From: Escherichia phage vB_EcoM_G2494
Length of the DNA: 64,000 nt
Sequence record: MK327935.1
Strand: one strand, 5' to 3'
The stretch's first letter is position 1; every line of letters begins with the position of its first letter. The notes below the pieces were generated by a model that was given only the letters and a program-made list of their open reading frames with translations, ran no database searches and was not told the DNA's origin. Shown here in pieces: positions 47,001-56,423 of this stretch. The translations under genes were made by a program, and so were the position numbers.

Positions 47001-47819
47001 ATTATCGTTGGTGGTACTGGAACAGCGCAAGTCGTTGATAGTGATGCTATCGCTTTCGGTAAAATCAGTGATGGTGGAGTCGTCGAGCATTACTCCTTTG
47101 CTATGGAACATGACGGCGATGCGTTAGCCTATAGAGACTTTATTGCAGGTCGTAACCTGTATGCGAAACAAGGCGGTTTATACATTGTTGACCAGTCTAA
47201 TCCGGCAATGACTCGTTCCCCAGATGGTATGCTGAATATCGGTCACGGTGGAAGTGTTAACATCAAGGCAGGTCATCAAACGTTAACTACAGAGATCGCC
47301 GGACAGAAATATCAGATCGTCCACGCAGGAAACGCAGACGAAGTTCTTAACCGTCAGTTTGTTAAGAATGCTGGCGATACAATGGTCGGTAAGCTGACTA
47401 TGGATAATGCGCCTATTGTTTCTGTTAAGCATGAAGCTAGCGCGGCAACCGCTCCGGCAATCGGTAACATCGGTTTCTGGAACATGCGAGTAACTACCCA
47501 AAACATCAAAGAAACCTATCCAGAGAAGAAAAACGGCACATTGATGCAATGGGGTACTGATGAAAACGGCCTTACCCAAATCTGGTCACCTGATGGTACT
47601 CATAAACATTATATCCGTTCCGGTACTGGTGGTCAATGGACCGCATGGGGTGAAATTTACACCAAACAGAATAAGCCTACCGCTCAGGAAATCGGGGCAG
47701 TAGTTGCAGAAGGTGGTTTAATGAACTCTATGACGGTTCGTGATTGGATCAAAGTTGGTAATGTTAAAATCATCGCCAATAATCTGACTCGTACCGTAGA
47801 CTTTATCTGGGAAGACTAA
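44079..47819 (+). CDS. 34: long tail fibre proximal subunit gp34
   Basis: 1246 aa; repeated ...ETRRGIAEIATQ.E... units and C-terminal VRDWIKVGNV...DFIWED match T4 gp34. Confidence 0.9.
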   Translation: MADFSQHFKATFGFDAGNEKVVNVALADKNVNTDAVNVEFFNYHNGITQYDTTRGYDQYGTTIYQNRPYYAKEDIAKPAGDFDPTKWQALRTDPRWDYVAATSGDTPLKSGDYIAADCQFANLTFSMPTNPAEGDTITVKDIGGKCGVNELSFLAAGHEFYHNGNVYNRKWYCTTPYAMNYFIFVRNRWHVYQTGTEPRGVYAQPAIDAIQMQNGDQVFRRSSLGNIVLMLPKFANNGDMIQTTDLDGLTATNHVTVKVHEGAQEQSIGTFGVKEIVGKRSGHGVFIFDKPENLWRLWDGDQSVRLNPIISDTRLSPNSYVAVFGDRDVTLTLPTNVEPGDRIQVSMQYMHGNQTCRIITSEEDTKILMQKNMVQFPKRSEYPFNGTDTWSGVSELSFNAANDYVPYLEFSYSEGDDGKKYWLVAHAHPIVERVDPTRKDRVGVIALATQDETNKNHEDNPSDEVAVTPKVLANKTANETRRGIARIATQAETHQDTGSSFLDDVIVTPKKLNDCVATEARRGVMEIATQHETNEGLDDTRAITPKKLEERRASEDLAGIAEIVQVGGSASARRGEAGTGIYNINDHAKIVTPQNINEVKATETSRGVGYLATDAEVQGATESTPQDALLITTRTLTKRTATESRTGIAEIATQEETNLGQSDNHIITPKKLHNRRATETLHGLAEIATQSEFDAGRDDARISTPLKIKTFFENAQRLKVDPTQGLNLTGDLWQGIMISGLDATEDTKGVAKVATTQLTDVGQDDTTIITPKKLQGKKATEGKEGIIRVGTQAETVAGTLANVAISPKNFKYVVQTEDTWKATEARRGFLKVATQENCFVGDNLQGSTQELGNYQHDGIAVTPKGLNYALANFLPKMATAQNSLKLGNVEAAKWARRDIDQIIESNYTFNKNVNVKGDLECLKSGSFETLSVTKNSTDDLSNGHLVLGERGVDGHTGITLHGTTASEGMENSWSIIVGGTGTAQVVDSDAIAFGKISDGGVVEHYSFAMEHDGDALAYRDFIAGRNLYAKQGGLYIVDQSNPAMTRSPDGMLNIGHGGSVNIKAGHQTLTTEIAGQKYQIVHAGNADEVLNRQFVKNAGDTMVGKLTMDNAPIVSVKHEASAATAPAIGNIGFWNMRVTTQNIKETYPEKKNGTLMQWGTDENGLTQIWSPDGTHKHYIRSGTGGQWTAWGEIYTKQNKPTAQEIGAVVAEGGLMNSMTVRDWIKVGNVKIIANNLTRTVDFIWED

Positions 47820-47852
47820 TTAAAGGGGGCGAAAGCCCCCTATGGGGTTATT

Positions 47853-48992
47853 ATGACACAAGAGATAGAATTACGCAACACTGGAATTAAGTTTGCGCAT
47901 TTCGACGAAGACTCCGCGACATTTACAAGCATTTCAGAAAACAACTCTGTGATGTATAAGCTGGAAGTGCGCGGATCTAATGCGGATTCTACCAAACCAG
48001 CAAGAATTAGATTTAATGGAGTGGAGATCGTTGGCGCTGGCTATGAAAATGGCCTAAATTTTAAAGTTCTTACTCCAACTGGACAACTACACGAAGAAAA
48101 GGTATTCTATGGTCGCGGTGCTGTTTTGGCGATGCGTGATTATCTTTCTTTGCTGAAAGGTGATTATATCATTGCGATGGCAACGCATGGAGAATTGTTT
48201 GCAGATCCGATAAGTGATGTTGTATTTTCTAAGATGGGATCTGTATCATTCCCGAATCACATTTTGCTACAGCAAATGCCTCGTGTATCCTATGCAGCAA
48301 TTTATTCTACTAAAATGGGTAAAATTGTGTGCGAAGGGATGCAAGCAACGCACGGAGAAGGTCAAGATTCGTCTATACAAATTGAGAAAGTTTATGATAC
48401 TATAGACGATCTTGCAATAACAGGAACACCACAACGATTTTTAGATTATCCGGTTGAGTATGTTAGCGAAGATGCCGAACATTTCGAGCTAATACAATGG
48501 CCTCATGATGAGATCAGCGCACCACTTGAATATTTTAACATAAAGGCAGGTGACAAACTATCAATATCCTTTGAATTGTTCCGTGATAGTGCCGCAGCCG
48601 CAGCCAACGTAACAGCGCGTTTCTATCACAACTACTTCACCGATGGACAATATCAAACTGGTGTTCGATACAATGCCAGCAAAAAAGACCAATGGGAAAA
48701 GTTTGAAGCCGTCTATACCGTACCGGAAGGAGTTGATAGTGTAGTAACTGGTTGTATCAGATATCCAACCAACTCCAATGAAGGTATTGTTAAAATTAGA
48801 AACATACTAATAACGCCGATCAGTGGAGTCGTCAAAACTACTGGTCCTACTTCATTTGGTGTTAATGGTGTTAGAACAACTCATATTCAGGATAACGGTG
48901 ATTTTACTAACCCTGTAATGAGTCTTCTTAAACTGCCTAGAGATAATAAACACATCACATCCAACAACTTTAAAGAGTTCGATGTTGATTAA
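47853..48992 (+). CDS. 35: long tail fibre hinge protein gp35
   Basis: 379 aa, synteny. Confidence 0.75.
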   Translation: MTQEIELRNTGIKFAHFDEDSATFTSISENNSVMYKLEVRGSNADSTKPARIRFNGVEIVGAGYENGLNFKVLTPTGQLHEEKVFYGRGAVLAMRDYLSLLKGDYIIAMATHGELFADPISDVVFSKMGSVSFPNHILLQQMPRVSYAAIYSTKMGKIVCEGMQATHGEGQDSSIQIEKVYDTIDDLAITGTPQRFLDYPVEYVSEDAEHFELIQWPHDEISAPLEYFNIKAGDKLSISFELFRDSAAAAANVTARFYHNYFTDGQYQTGVRYNASKKDQWEKFEAVYTVPEGVDSVVTGCIRYPTNSNEGIVKIRNILITPISGVVKTTGPTSFGVNGVRTTHIQDNGDFTNPVMSLLKLPRDNKHITSNNFKEFDVD

Positions 48993-49003
48993 CATTTTTA
49001 ACA

Positions 49004-49034
49004 AGCCGATCCATGTGGTCGGCTTTATTTTTAT
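49004..49034 (+). terminator. rho-independent terminator after gene 35
   Basis: stem AGCCGA.../...TCGGCT followed by TTATTTTTAT. Confidence 0.55.
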
Positions 49035-49142
49035 ACAGTTGGTTAAATTGTAACCAAAACGAAGAAAGATCTTTAGAATAATAGAAAATTTGTTTCGGTT
49101 AAAAATTAGTCAGTGCCTACGGCACGTCGCGAAGCGATATTT

Positions 49143-49150
49143 TGTTAACA
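49143..49150 (+). promoter_or_regulatory. T4-type late promoter TATAAATA upstream of gene 36
   Basis: exact TATAAATA about 47 nt upstream of ATG. Confidence 0.65.
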
Positions 49151-49196
49151 TTCTATAAATACTCGGAACTATAACTAATTTTTTTGAGGTTACTTT

Positions 49197-50687
49197 ATGG
49201 CAGATTTGAAATATGGATCTACTGTAGGCGGATCTCCCATTTGGACGCAAGGAAACTTGACGATCCAGCCAGCGGGGGATCAGCTTTTCTACAAAGGTCA
49301 TAAAATCTATACCGCTTTTGATAGACCTTCGGCTACCGATTTTGATGCTGTTAGTGCATCCGAAGGTGGCACATTTCAAAAGCAAGTTCATTTCGAGGAA
49401 GGTTTAAGCGTAGGTAGCGCATCGGCTGGAGAAACCAAAAAGAACGGGATCTTTAAAGGAAAGAGCGATGCTGCTAACTTTGATGGTGTAAGTTGGGGTC
49501 TGCATTCGTGGAAATCCATTGGTTTTGTTAATGCTCGTGATGATGTTATCATGGCTTATATTGACACTACCACAGGTGATTTTAAAACTAAAGGGACCAT
49601 CGAAGGGACAACCATTAAAGACACTGGTCAACGCGTCTATAGTCCTGTTAATAAGCCGACAAACAATGATTTGGATTTGGTGTCTCGTCGCGGTGATACT
49701 CTCACGGGAACGTATAATTTAAACACGGCTACATTTAAACTTGATGTTAATTCGAAAATACTTGCGCGGGATCGTGGTTTCATTGCTTTCGATTCTAATG
49801 CCATTTATTTTGGAAATAGTCTTGATACTTTGGCATTCAGTAGCAAAAACGAGCCGACAATTTCTGTTAATGGCAAGGCAGGTAGATTCTACCACACCAA
49901 CAATAAACCGACTAAAGCCGATGTTGGACTAGGTAATGTCACCAATGATGCACAGGTTAAACGTGCTGGTGATATTATGGAAGGCAACTTGCAAGCGCCT
50001 AGAATGTTGGCGACAAACGATCCTGCTGGTCCTAATGAATTGGTTCGTTTGAGCTACTTTGAGAGAAAATCAATGGTAGCAAATCCAACAATCATTGGAA
50101 ACGTTGATTGGAACACTCTTATTAATCGCGGTATCTATCGTGTGGAAAATGCTGGATCAGGTACTAATAAACCGTCTGATAGCTATTATAACGGCGTTTT
50201 GATGGTATATCGCCCAGAAGATGCGGTCGGTACTCGTCGAATTGTTCAGGTATACTATCCTGAATCTATTGATCATCCGATGTGCTGGCGTTCTTGTTCT
50301 AATGAATCATGGACTGCATGGAACTATGTAGATCACCGTAAATTGGCTGATATTCGCTATGTTAACGTCACTGGCGATACCATGACAGGACCGTTAACTG
50401 TTCCGGCGGCAAATGGCGTTCATACCGCAGAAGCTAACTATAATGGTGATAATTGCTACGCTGGACTTAATAGCTTAAATGGCACAGCAATGATTCATCG
50501 TGTTAGTGATATTAAAGCGCACGAGAAACTAGGCATCACACATGATTCTAAAATTATTTTCGTTAAATCACGCAACAATACTCAGGACACCGATACATTT
50601 GAATTATACCACGAAGGACACAAACCAACTCCTGATGATGTTGGCGCTGTTCCGCTTAATGCGGTAATTGATTTTGGTACTTTCTAA
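49197..50687 (+). CDS. 36: long tail fibre distal connector gp36 (enlarged, 496 aa)
   Basis: N-terminus MADLKYGSTVGGSPIWTQGN matches T4 gp36 but protein is more than twice as long. Confidence 0.75.
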   Translation: MADLKYGSTVGGSPIWTQGNLTIQPAGDQLFYKGHKIYTAFDRPSATDFDAVSASEGGTFQKQVHFEEGLSVGSASAGETKKNGIFKGKSDAANFDGVSWGLHSWKSIGFVNARDDVIMAYIDTTTGDFKTKGTIEGTTIKDTGQRVYSPVNKPTNNDLDLVSRRGDTLTGTYNLNTATFKLDVNSKILARDRGFIAFDSNAIYFGNSLDTLAFSSKNEPTISVNGKAGRFYHTNNKPTKADVGLGNVTNDAQVKRAGDIMEGNLQAPRMLATNDPAGPNELVRLSYFERKSMVANPTIIGNVDWNTLINRGIYRVENAGSGTNKPSDSYYNGVLMVYRPEDAVGTRRIVQVYYPESIDHPMCWRSCSNESWTAWNYVDHRKLADIRYVNVTGDTMTGPLTVPAANGVHTAEANYNGDNCYAGLNSLNGTAMIHRVSDIKAHEKLGITHDSKIIFVKSRNNTQDTDTFELYHEGHKPTPDDVGAVPLNAVIDFGTF

Positions 50688-50754
50688 TTCTAGCGGGGAT
50701 TATCCCCGCTTTTCTAAATAATATTATTCTAACAACCGTTAAGGATTTTATAAA

Positions 50755-53535
50755 ATGGCAGATTTACAGAGAATCCAATTTAAAAGAACAAGTACGGCAG
50801 GTCGCAAGCCGGATGCGAATATTCTAACTCCGGGTGAACTTGCTATTAACCTAGCGGATCGAGAACTATATACAAAAGATGACAGCAATAATGTAATTAC
50901 TTTGGGACACTTTCGCGGTGAGTTGCCATCTGATGCAAATTTAGATAATTATGGACCTACTGGTAAATTTACTGGCGTTTGGTCTAAATCAACTTCAACA
51001 AATGCGCAGCCAGCAAATAAATTCCCAGAAGAGAATGCTGTAGGTGTATTAGAAGTATTTGTGGCTGGTCAATTTGCTGGCACTCAGCGTTATACTGTTC
51101 GGTCTGGTAACGTTTATATCCGTTCTTTGTCTGCGAAATGGAATGGCGTAGATGGTCCATGGGGTCCGTGGCGCAATATTCAAACTGGCACACGTCCACT
51201 ATCAACTACACTAGACTTGAATACTTTAGGTGATGCTTCTCATTTTGGGTTATGGCGAAATAGTTCAAGTTCCATTGCATCATTTTCTCGAAATTACCCA
51301 GAAGAAGGTGGTCTCGCGCAAGGTCTTTTAGAAATTTATGAAGGTGGTAACTATTCTCGCACGCAACGTTATACTACCCGAATGGGTGTTGTATATGTTC
51401 GTTGTCTTGCTGGTGCATGGGATCCAGAAGCTCCGAATTGGGGACCGTGGCAACAAGTAGGTATGGTTACTCCCAACACATTCTATGACGGGGATCTTAA
51501 TAATTTTCGTTCTCCTGGCTTATATAATATTTTAGGCACTGATGCCGTTATTAACCGTCCAGTTGCAGAAGGTGTTCCGGTTGAGATGACCGGATTGCTT
51601 GAGGTTAAACAGCGTGCTTCCGGTGGCGCTATTTTCCAACGTTTCACTACCGCAGGAACGGGATCTACTACCCGTGGTCGTGTTTTTGAACGTGCAATGA
51701 CAAATAATATCTGGGGAAATTGGCATGAAGTATATACATCTTATTCTCTGCCAATTACTTTGGGTATGGGTGGTATTAAAACTCAATTAGCGGAGCTAGA
51801 TTGGCAAACATTTGATTTTGTTCCTGGTAGTATGTTTAGCGTTCCTTTGAACAAAATAAAGAACATGCCAGCAAATATGGATTGGGGTGCGATTGACGGA
51901 AACTTGGTTATGTTTTCTGTCGGTCCTAGCGAACACACTAGCACAGGGCGTACTGTTCAGGTTTGGCGTGGTACTGTATCCCAGACAAACTACCGTTATT
52001 TTGTCGTTCGTGTGTTCGGTAATTCTGGAAATAGAACTTGTACAGTTCGCCGTGTTGTTCTTGAAGACGGATCACATACTTGGACTGCTAAACAAGATTT
52101 TAATGGTGCTGTCAACTTTGGTGGTTCGACAACTTTTAAGTCCACTACAACTTTTAACACAGAAGTTAAATTCCGTTCATCCAATGCATTTAAAATGTAT
52201 GGCGGTAATTTTGGCACAATTTTCCGTAATGATGGTGAAAGTCTTTATATTCTTTCCACCGACGAAAATGATCAAGATGGAAACTTTAATACAAATAGAC
52301 CTTTCCGCTATCAATTAAAAACTGGCGATGTTACTTTGGGTGGCACTAGCGGTGCTAACGCTTTAGTATTAAAAGGCGGTTCTCTTGCTGCTACCTTTAG
52401 CGGTGATGTTAATTTAAGTAAAGGTACGCTGACGTTTGAAGCGGGTGGTAAGCAATCACGCGATTATTTCCGGTTTAATCATTGGGGTGATAGCAATAAC
52501 GCTCGTGATAACATTATTCAGTTAGAAGATAGTAAAGGCGCTCATTTTTCCACTGAACGTACTTTAGCGACTGGTGCAATTAAAACTAAATTCTTTGGTG
52601 AAGTTGAATCAACTGGTCGATTGACTATTAAACGTCCGGGTGGTGCTATTGTATTATCGACTACAGCCAGCAACGCTTTGCATATTCGCGGTGACGTAGA
52701 CGGGAATGGTAACTGGTATATTGGTAAAGGTGGTGCTGATAATTCGCTAGCATTTTATAGCTATGCTACTCAGGCGGCAGTACATATAACAAACAATGGT
52801 GAGATTGCGTTAAACCCGCAAAATACCTTAATGGTTAACGTTAACCGCGATCGTATGTATATCAATGGTGCAAGTTGGGTTGCCAGACAACCAGGTGATT
52901 GGGGCAACCAATGGCGAGTAGAAGCTCCATTATTCGTTGATCATGGTTATGTTGGTCAAGATAGTTATTATCCTATTCTTAAAGCAAGAAGCGTTATAAC
53001 CAATCAAGGATATAGCACCGCTGTTGACTTTGGTATGCGTCGTATTCCATCACAGTGGGGGCAAGCAATCATTCGTGTCGGATCCACGGAGGCTTCTCCT
53101 GATGCTGGACACCCACAAGCTGTGTTTGAATTCCATCATGATGGGTTCTTTTATACACCAGGAAATGGTAGCTTTAGCGATGTGTATATTCGTTCTGACT
53201 CCCGTCTTAAGATTAATAAAGAAGAGTTAGAAAACGGAGCACTTGAAAAAGTATGCCGTCTGAAAGTTTATACTTACGATAAAGTTAAGTCTATTAAAGA
53301 TCGTAGTGTGATTAAACGTGAAGCTGGTATTATTGCTCAGGATCTTGAAAAAGAATTGCCGGAAGCTGTATCTAAAGTTGAAGTTGATGGATCTGATGTT
53401 CTGACAATTTCTAACTCGGCAGTGAATGCTCTTTTAATTAAGGCTATTCAGGAAATGAGTGAAGAAATTAAAGAATTGAAAACTCCTTTCTTTACTAAAA
53501 TTGCTCGCAAAATTAGTAAATATTTTAAATTCTAA
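50755..53535 (+). CDS. 37: long tail fibre distal subunit gp37 with C-terminal intramolecular chaperone domain
   Basis: N-terminus IQFKRTSTAGRKPDANILTPGELAINL matches gp37; last ~113 aa SDSRLK...GIIAQDLEKELPEAV...LLIKAIQEM resemble the S74 self-cleaving chaperone domain. Confidence 0.8.
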   Translation: MADLQRIQFKRTSTAGRKPDANILTPGELAINLADRELYTKDDSNNVITLGHFRGELPSDANLDNYGPTGKFTGVWSKSTSTNAQPANKFPEENAVGVLEVFVAGQFAGTQRYTVRSGNVYIRSLSAKWNGVDGPWGPWRNIQTGTRPLSTTLDLNTLGDASHFGLWRNSSSSIASFSRNYPEEGGLAQGLLEIYEGGNYSRTQRYTTRMGVVYVRCLAGAWDPEAPNWGPWQQVGMVTPNTFYDGDLNNFRSPGLYNILGTDAVINRPVAEGVPVEMTGLLEVKQRASGGAIFQRFTTAGTGSTTRGRVFERAMTNNIWGNWHEVYTSYSLPITLGMGGIKTQLAELDWQTFDFVPGSMFSVPLNKIKNMPANMDWGAIDGNLVMFSVGPSEHTSTGRTVQVWRGTVSQTNYRYFVVRVFGNSGNRTCTVRRVVLEDGSHTWTAKQDFNGAVNFGGSTTFKSTTTFNTEVKFRSSNAFKMYGGNFGTIFRNDGESLYILSTDENDQDGNFNTNRPFRYQLKTGDVTLGGTSGANALVLKGGSLAATFSGDVNLSKGTLTFEAGGKQSRDYFRFNHWGDSNNARDNIIQLEDSKGAHFSTERTLATGAIKTKFFGEVESTGRLTIKRPGGAIVLSTTASNALHIRGDVDGNGNWYIGKGGADNSLAFYSYATQAAVHITNNGEIALNPQNTLMVNVNRDRMYINGASWVARQPGDWGNQWRVEAPLFVDHGYVGQDSYYPILKARSVITNQGYSTAVDFGMRRIPSQWGQAIIRVGSTEASPDAGHPQAVFEFHHDGFFYTPGNGSFSDVYIRSDSRLKINKEELENGALEKVCRLKVYTYDKVKSIKDRSVIKREAGIIAQDLEKELPEAVSKVEVDGSDVLTISNSAVNALLIKAIQEMSEEIKELKTPFFTKIARKISKYFKF

Positions 53536-53571
53536 CAACAAGGGGGCGTTGCCCCCTTTGGAGTATAAATT

Positions 53572-54372
53572 ATGGCAGTAGTTGGTGTTCCTGGTTGGAT
53601 TGGAAGTTCAGCCGCAAATGAAACAGGACAACGATGGATGAGTCAAGCGGCTGGTCAATTAAGATTGGGTGTTCCTTGCTGGATGAGTCAATTTGCAGGT
53701 CGCTCGCGAGAAATTATTCATACTGTAGGAGCAAACCACAATTTTAATGGTCAGTGGTTCCGTGATAGATGCTTTGAAGCTGGCGGTGCACCTATTGTAT
53801 TCAATATTGTTGGTGATATCGTTTCTTATTCTAAAGATGTACCGCTTTTCTTTATGTATGGTGACACTCCTAACGAATACGTTGTCCTTAATATTCATGG
53901 TGGTGTCCATATGTGGGGTCGAGGTGGTAATGGTGGATACACTCACTCAGGTGGAGATGGTAACGGTACACAAGGCGGTCATGTTATTCAAAATGATATC
54001 GGTGGACGGCTTCGTATTTGGAACTACGGTGTTATAGCTGCTGGCGGTGGTGGCGGTGGTGGTATTGCATATCGTCCACACTCAGGGGCAAACTGGCAAG
54101 ATATCGGTGGCGGTGGCGGTCGACCTTTCGGTGGTGCTGGCGGTGGCGGTTATTCCGGTGGTGCTGCTTCTTATGAAGGTCCGGGTGGTGGTTACAACTA
54201 TGGTAACGCACACTCCGGCGCGGGTGGTAATGCTGGCGCTGCTGGTCAGAATGCATGGTCTGATGGCGGTAAAGTTCTTAAAGTTGGTGTTGGTGGTGCT
54301 TCTGGTCATGCCGTGTTTGGATCTTCTCCAACTTGGGGCGCTGTAGGGACAATTTATGGACCTTACATTTAA
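53572..54372 (+). CDS. 38: gp38 receptor-recognising adhesin (T2-type, glycine-rich motifs)
   Basis: N-terminus [45 protein letters not shown]; several GGGGGG motifs separating variable segments. Confidence 0.8.
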   Translation: MAVVGVPGWIGSSAANETGQRWMSQAAGQLRLGVPCWMSQFAGRSREIIHTVGANHNFNGQWFRDRCFEAGGAPIVFNIVGDIVSYSKDVPLFFMYGDTPNEYVVLNIHGGVHMWGRGGNGGYTHSGGDGNGTQGGHVIQNDIGGRLRIWNYGVIAAGGGGGGGIAYRPHSGANWQDIGGGGGRPFGGAGGGGYSGGAASYEGPGGGYNYGNAHSGAGGNAGAAGQNAWSDGGKVLKVGVGGASGHAVFGSSPTWGAVGTIYGPYI

Positions 54373-54431
54373 CCGTTAAAAAAGAATTAAGGAAAAATCC
54401 CAGGGAAGGGAACTACTAAGGAGAAACGGCT

Positions 54432-54671
54432 ATGGTCTATAATATCGTCATTGGTGCTTTGTCTAATTTCGGAATGAAATTATTGTCAAAGTTAATTAGT
54501 GAAAAGATGCTCACTAAAATTTTCTTCTATTGCGCTCGTCGTCTTGCGGCTTATACCAATACGCCAATTGATGATCGTTTTGTGGAAGAACTTTATAAGG
54601 AGTTTAATAAAGATCAGTCAGAAGATAGTAACGAGCAAGATAAACCTAGTGATAGTCAACTACCTAAATAA
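54432..54671 (+). CDS. hypothetical protein (79 aa) between adhesin and holin
   Basis: strong RBS AAGGAG; amphipathic N-terminus, acidic C-terminus. Confidence 0.5.
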   Translation: MVYNIVIGALSNFGMKLLSKLISEKMLTKIFFYCARRLAAYTNTPIDDRFVEELYKEFNKDQSEDSNEQDKPSDSQLPK

Positions 54672-54704
54672 GAGTACACTGTCATAGTTATCTTAGGGCA
54701 TTAT

Positions 54705-55361
54705 ATGCAAGTTTCTGAAAAAGGGAAAGACTTTGCTATCTCAAATGTCCTGCGCGCTATTTTCACAACTAAAAGCACGGAGTTGCTCGTACTTCGTGTT
54801 TTTGCTGCCGTCGTGTTGTCCATATTAGCATTTGTCGTTTATAGTAAAAACGAGTTATTTGCGCTTTATAAAGAGACTCGTTATGAGACTTATGCTCACA
54901 TTCTCCAGGTAGAGAAAGACCGCAATTTTGATAATGCAGCACAGGAGCAGTTACAGATAGTTCATGTGTCGGCTGATGCCGATTTTTCTGCTGTTTTTAG
55001 TTTTCGTCCGAAAAACCTAAACTATTTTGTTGATTTGGTGGCATATGAAGGAAAGCTACCTCACACAATCGATGAAAAAAATTTAGGCGGATTCCCTATC
55101 AATAAAACGAGTGAAGAATATCGTAGGCATCTTTTAGGTAAATCATATTTTACCGATAAAGATTTCCAGTATATTCCATCAAGAGAAAAGAAATTAGAGA
55201 ATATCGATATAGGGTTTATGTATTCTTGCCCTATATTCAATCTCGATAATGTCTATTCTGGTAGTATCGCCATTGCATGGAAGAATAAACCGGATATTGA
55301 CATTGAGAATTTAGATACTCTTTGCAATCAATCTGCCAGAATCCTCGGAAGGATTAGATAA
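54705..55361 (+). CDS. t: holin t
   Basis: 218 aa; LQIVHVSADADFSAVFSFRPKNLNYFVDLVAYEGKLP and YSCPIFNLDN match T4 holin. Confidence 0.9.
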   Translation: MQVSEKGKDFAISNVLRAIFTTKSTELLVLRVFAAVVLSILAFVVYSKNELFALYKETRYETYAHILQVEKDRNFDNAAQEQLQIVHVSADADFSAVFSFRPKNLNYFVDLVAYEGKLPHTIDEKNLGGFPINKTSEEYRRHLLGKSYFTDKDFQYIPSREKKLENIDIGFMYSCPIFNLDNVYSGSIAIAWKNKPDIDIENLDTLCNQSARILGRIR

Positions 55362-55365
55362 CTTA

Positions 55366-55399
55366 AAGGGGAAGCCTTTCGGCCTCCCCTTCTTTTTAT
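55366..55399. terminator. bidirectional rho-independent terminator
   Basis: long GC-rich stem AGGGGAAGCC/GGCCTCCCCT followed by CTTTTTATT; between convergent t and 55396 gene. Confidence 0.65.
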
Positions 55400-55644
55400 T
55401 GGCGCATAGAAGCCCCTGAATCACATTTTGACGCTGTATGATGAAAACAGGTAGCGTACCAGTCATCGGCTTGTTTGTCTTCGTCAGAAAACGCGTAATT
55501 GCGTTGTATGCCGTTTTCTACTTTGACCAGTGCAATAGCTGTTTCTGGAAGATCAATCAATCGGACAAAATCACCATCTTCCCACTCTACACGAGCAATA
55601 TCATAGCCCATCTCAAAGTATACAATCGCTTGTTCTAATTTCAT
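55396..55644 (-). CDS. hypothetical protein (82 aa)
   Basis: ORF. Confidence 0.5.
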   Translation of the reverse strand: MKLEQAIVYFEMGYDIARVEWEDGDFVRLIDLPETAIALVKVENGIQRNYAFSDEDKQADDWYATCFHHTASKCDSGASMRQ

Positions 55645-55970
55645 TCTGGAAACTTCCCGTAAACATTCTCTGCCAGCTTACGTGCATCTTTTACAATATC
55701 TTTCATGTAATGACTATAATTTTTAGCTAGATCAATGATACAATCAACAAAGAAGTAATAGCGTCGCAGTGCTACCAGCTCAACATCTTCAAGATGACCA
55801 TTTTCTCCAATCGCTGAAATATGTTTAAATTCCTTTCGGATCGCGTCCATCGCTACATTAACTTCTTTTATAATATCTTTCGTATTATATGCACCTCGAC
55901 TAATCAAAATTTTGGTTAGGTCTTCTGCTTTTTCGTGAAAGTTGTCAATTTCAAACTCGATCATAATCAC
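55641..55970 (-). CDS. hypothetical protein (109 aa), paralog of 56079-56411
   Basis: shared C-terminal ...ENVYGKFPE / ...ENIFGKF. Confidence 0.5.
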   Translation of the reverse strand: MIMIEFEIDNFHEKAEDLTKILISRGAYNTKDIIKEVNVAMDAIRKEFKHISAIGENGHLEDVELVALRRYYFFVDCIIDLAKNYSHYMKDIVKDARKLAENVYGKFPE

Positions 55971-56078
55971 CTCTCATAGTTTCACGCTGTTGTTTCAACA
56001 TTTTTTCGTGGTTTGCTAATTCTATACCTTGTAATAGCATAACCAGTGCAATTTTCAATGATTCATCATCTTTCATAA

Positions 56079-56411
56079 TCAAAATTTACCGAAAATATTC
56101 TCTGTCATAATTCTTGCTTCGTCGATTATTTTCGTCATGTTCATGGTGTAGTTATGATCATTTAGTGCCTTAATGACAACGAGCAAGGAATCTAAAAACA
56201 CTCGATACCGTGTATATTCTACGCTATTTGTGAATACCGATGTTTTCTCTACTTTATCGATCAGATAGCCTAAAGCCGATAGCGCCTCGTTTACTTCCCT
56301 TGTTACTTTATCGGCGCTAAACAACACCGGATAAAGACGCGGTGTGATTAACCGCGCTGCCTCTTTCAATTCGGTCGCTTTCCATGATTCATATTTGTCA
56401 TAATTAAACAT
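56079..56411 (-). CDS. hypothetical protein (110 aa), paralog of 55641-55970
   Basis: as above. Confidence 0.5.
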   Translation of the reverse strand: MFNYDKYESWKATELKEAARLITPRLYPVLFSADKVTREVNEALSALGYLIDKVEKTSVFTNSVEYTRYRVFLDSLLVVIKALNDHNYTMNMTKIIDEARIMTENIFGKF

Positions 56412-56423
56412 TGTATAATGTCC

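Noticed and set aside
50700-53572. Late promoters immediately upstream of genes 37 and 38 (TCTAAATAAT at 50713, TATAAATT at 53558)
   Set aside because: Imperfect matches and, for 38, too close to the start codon; these genes are more likely co-transcribed from the gene 36 late promoter.
54032-54346. His/Arg-rich and Val-rich ORFs overlapping the glycine-rich part of gp38 on both strands; GGT/GGC simple repeats
   Set aside because: Frame artefacts of the GGN-rich coding sequence of the gp38 glycine motifs; not separate genes and not a CRISPR or satellite array.
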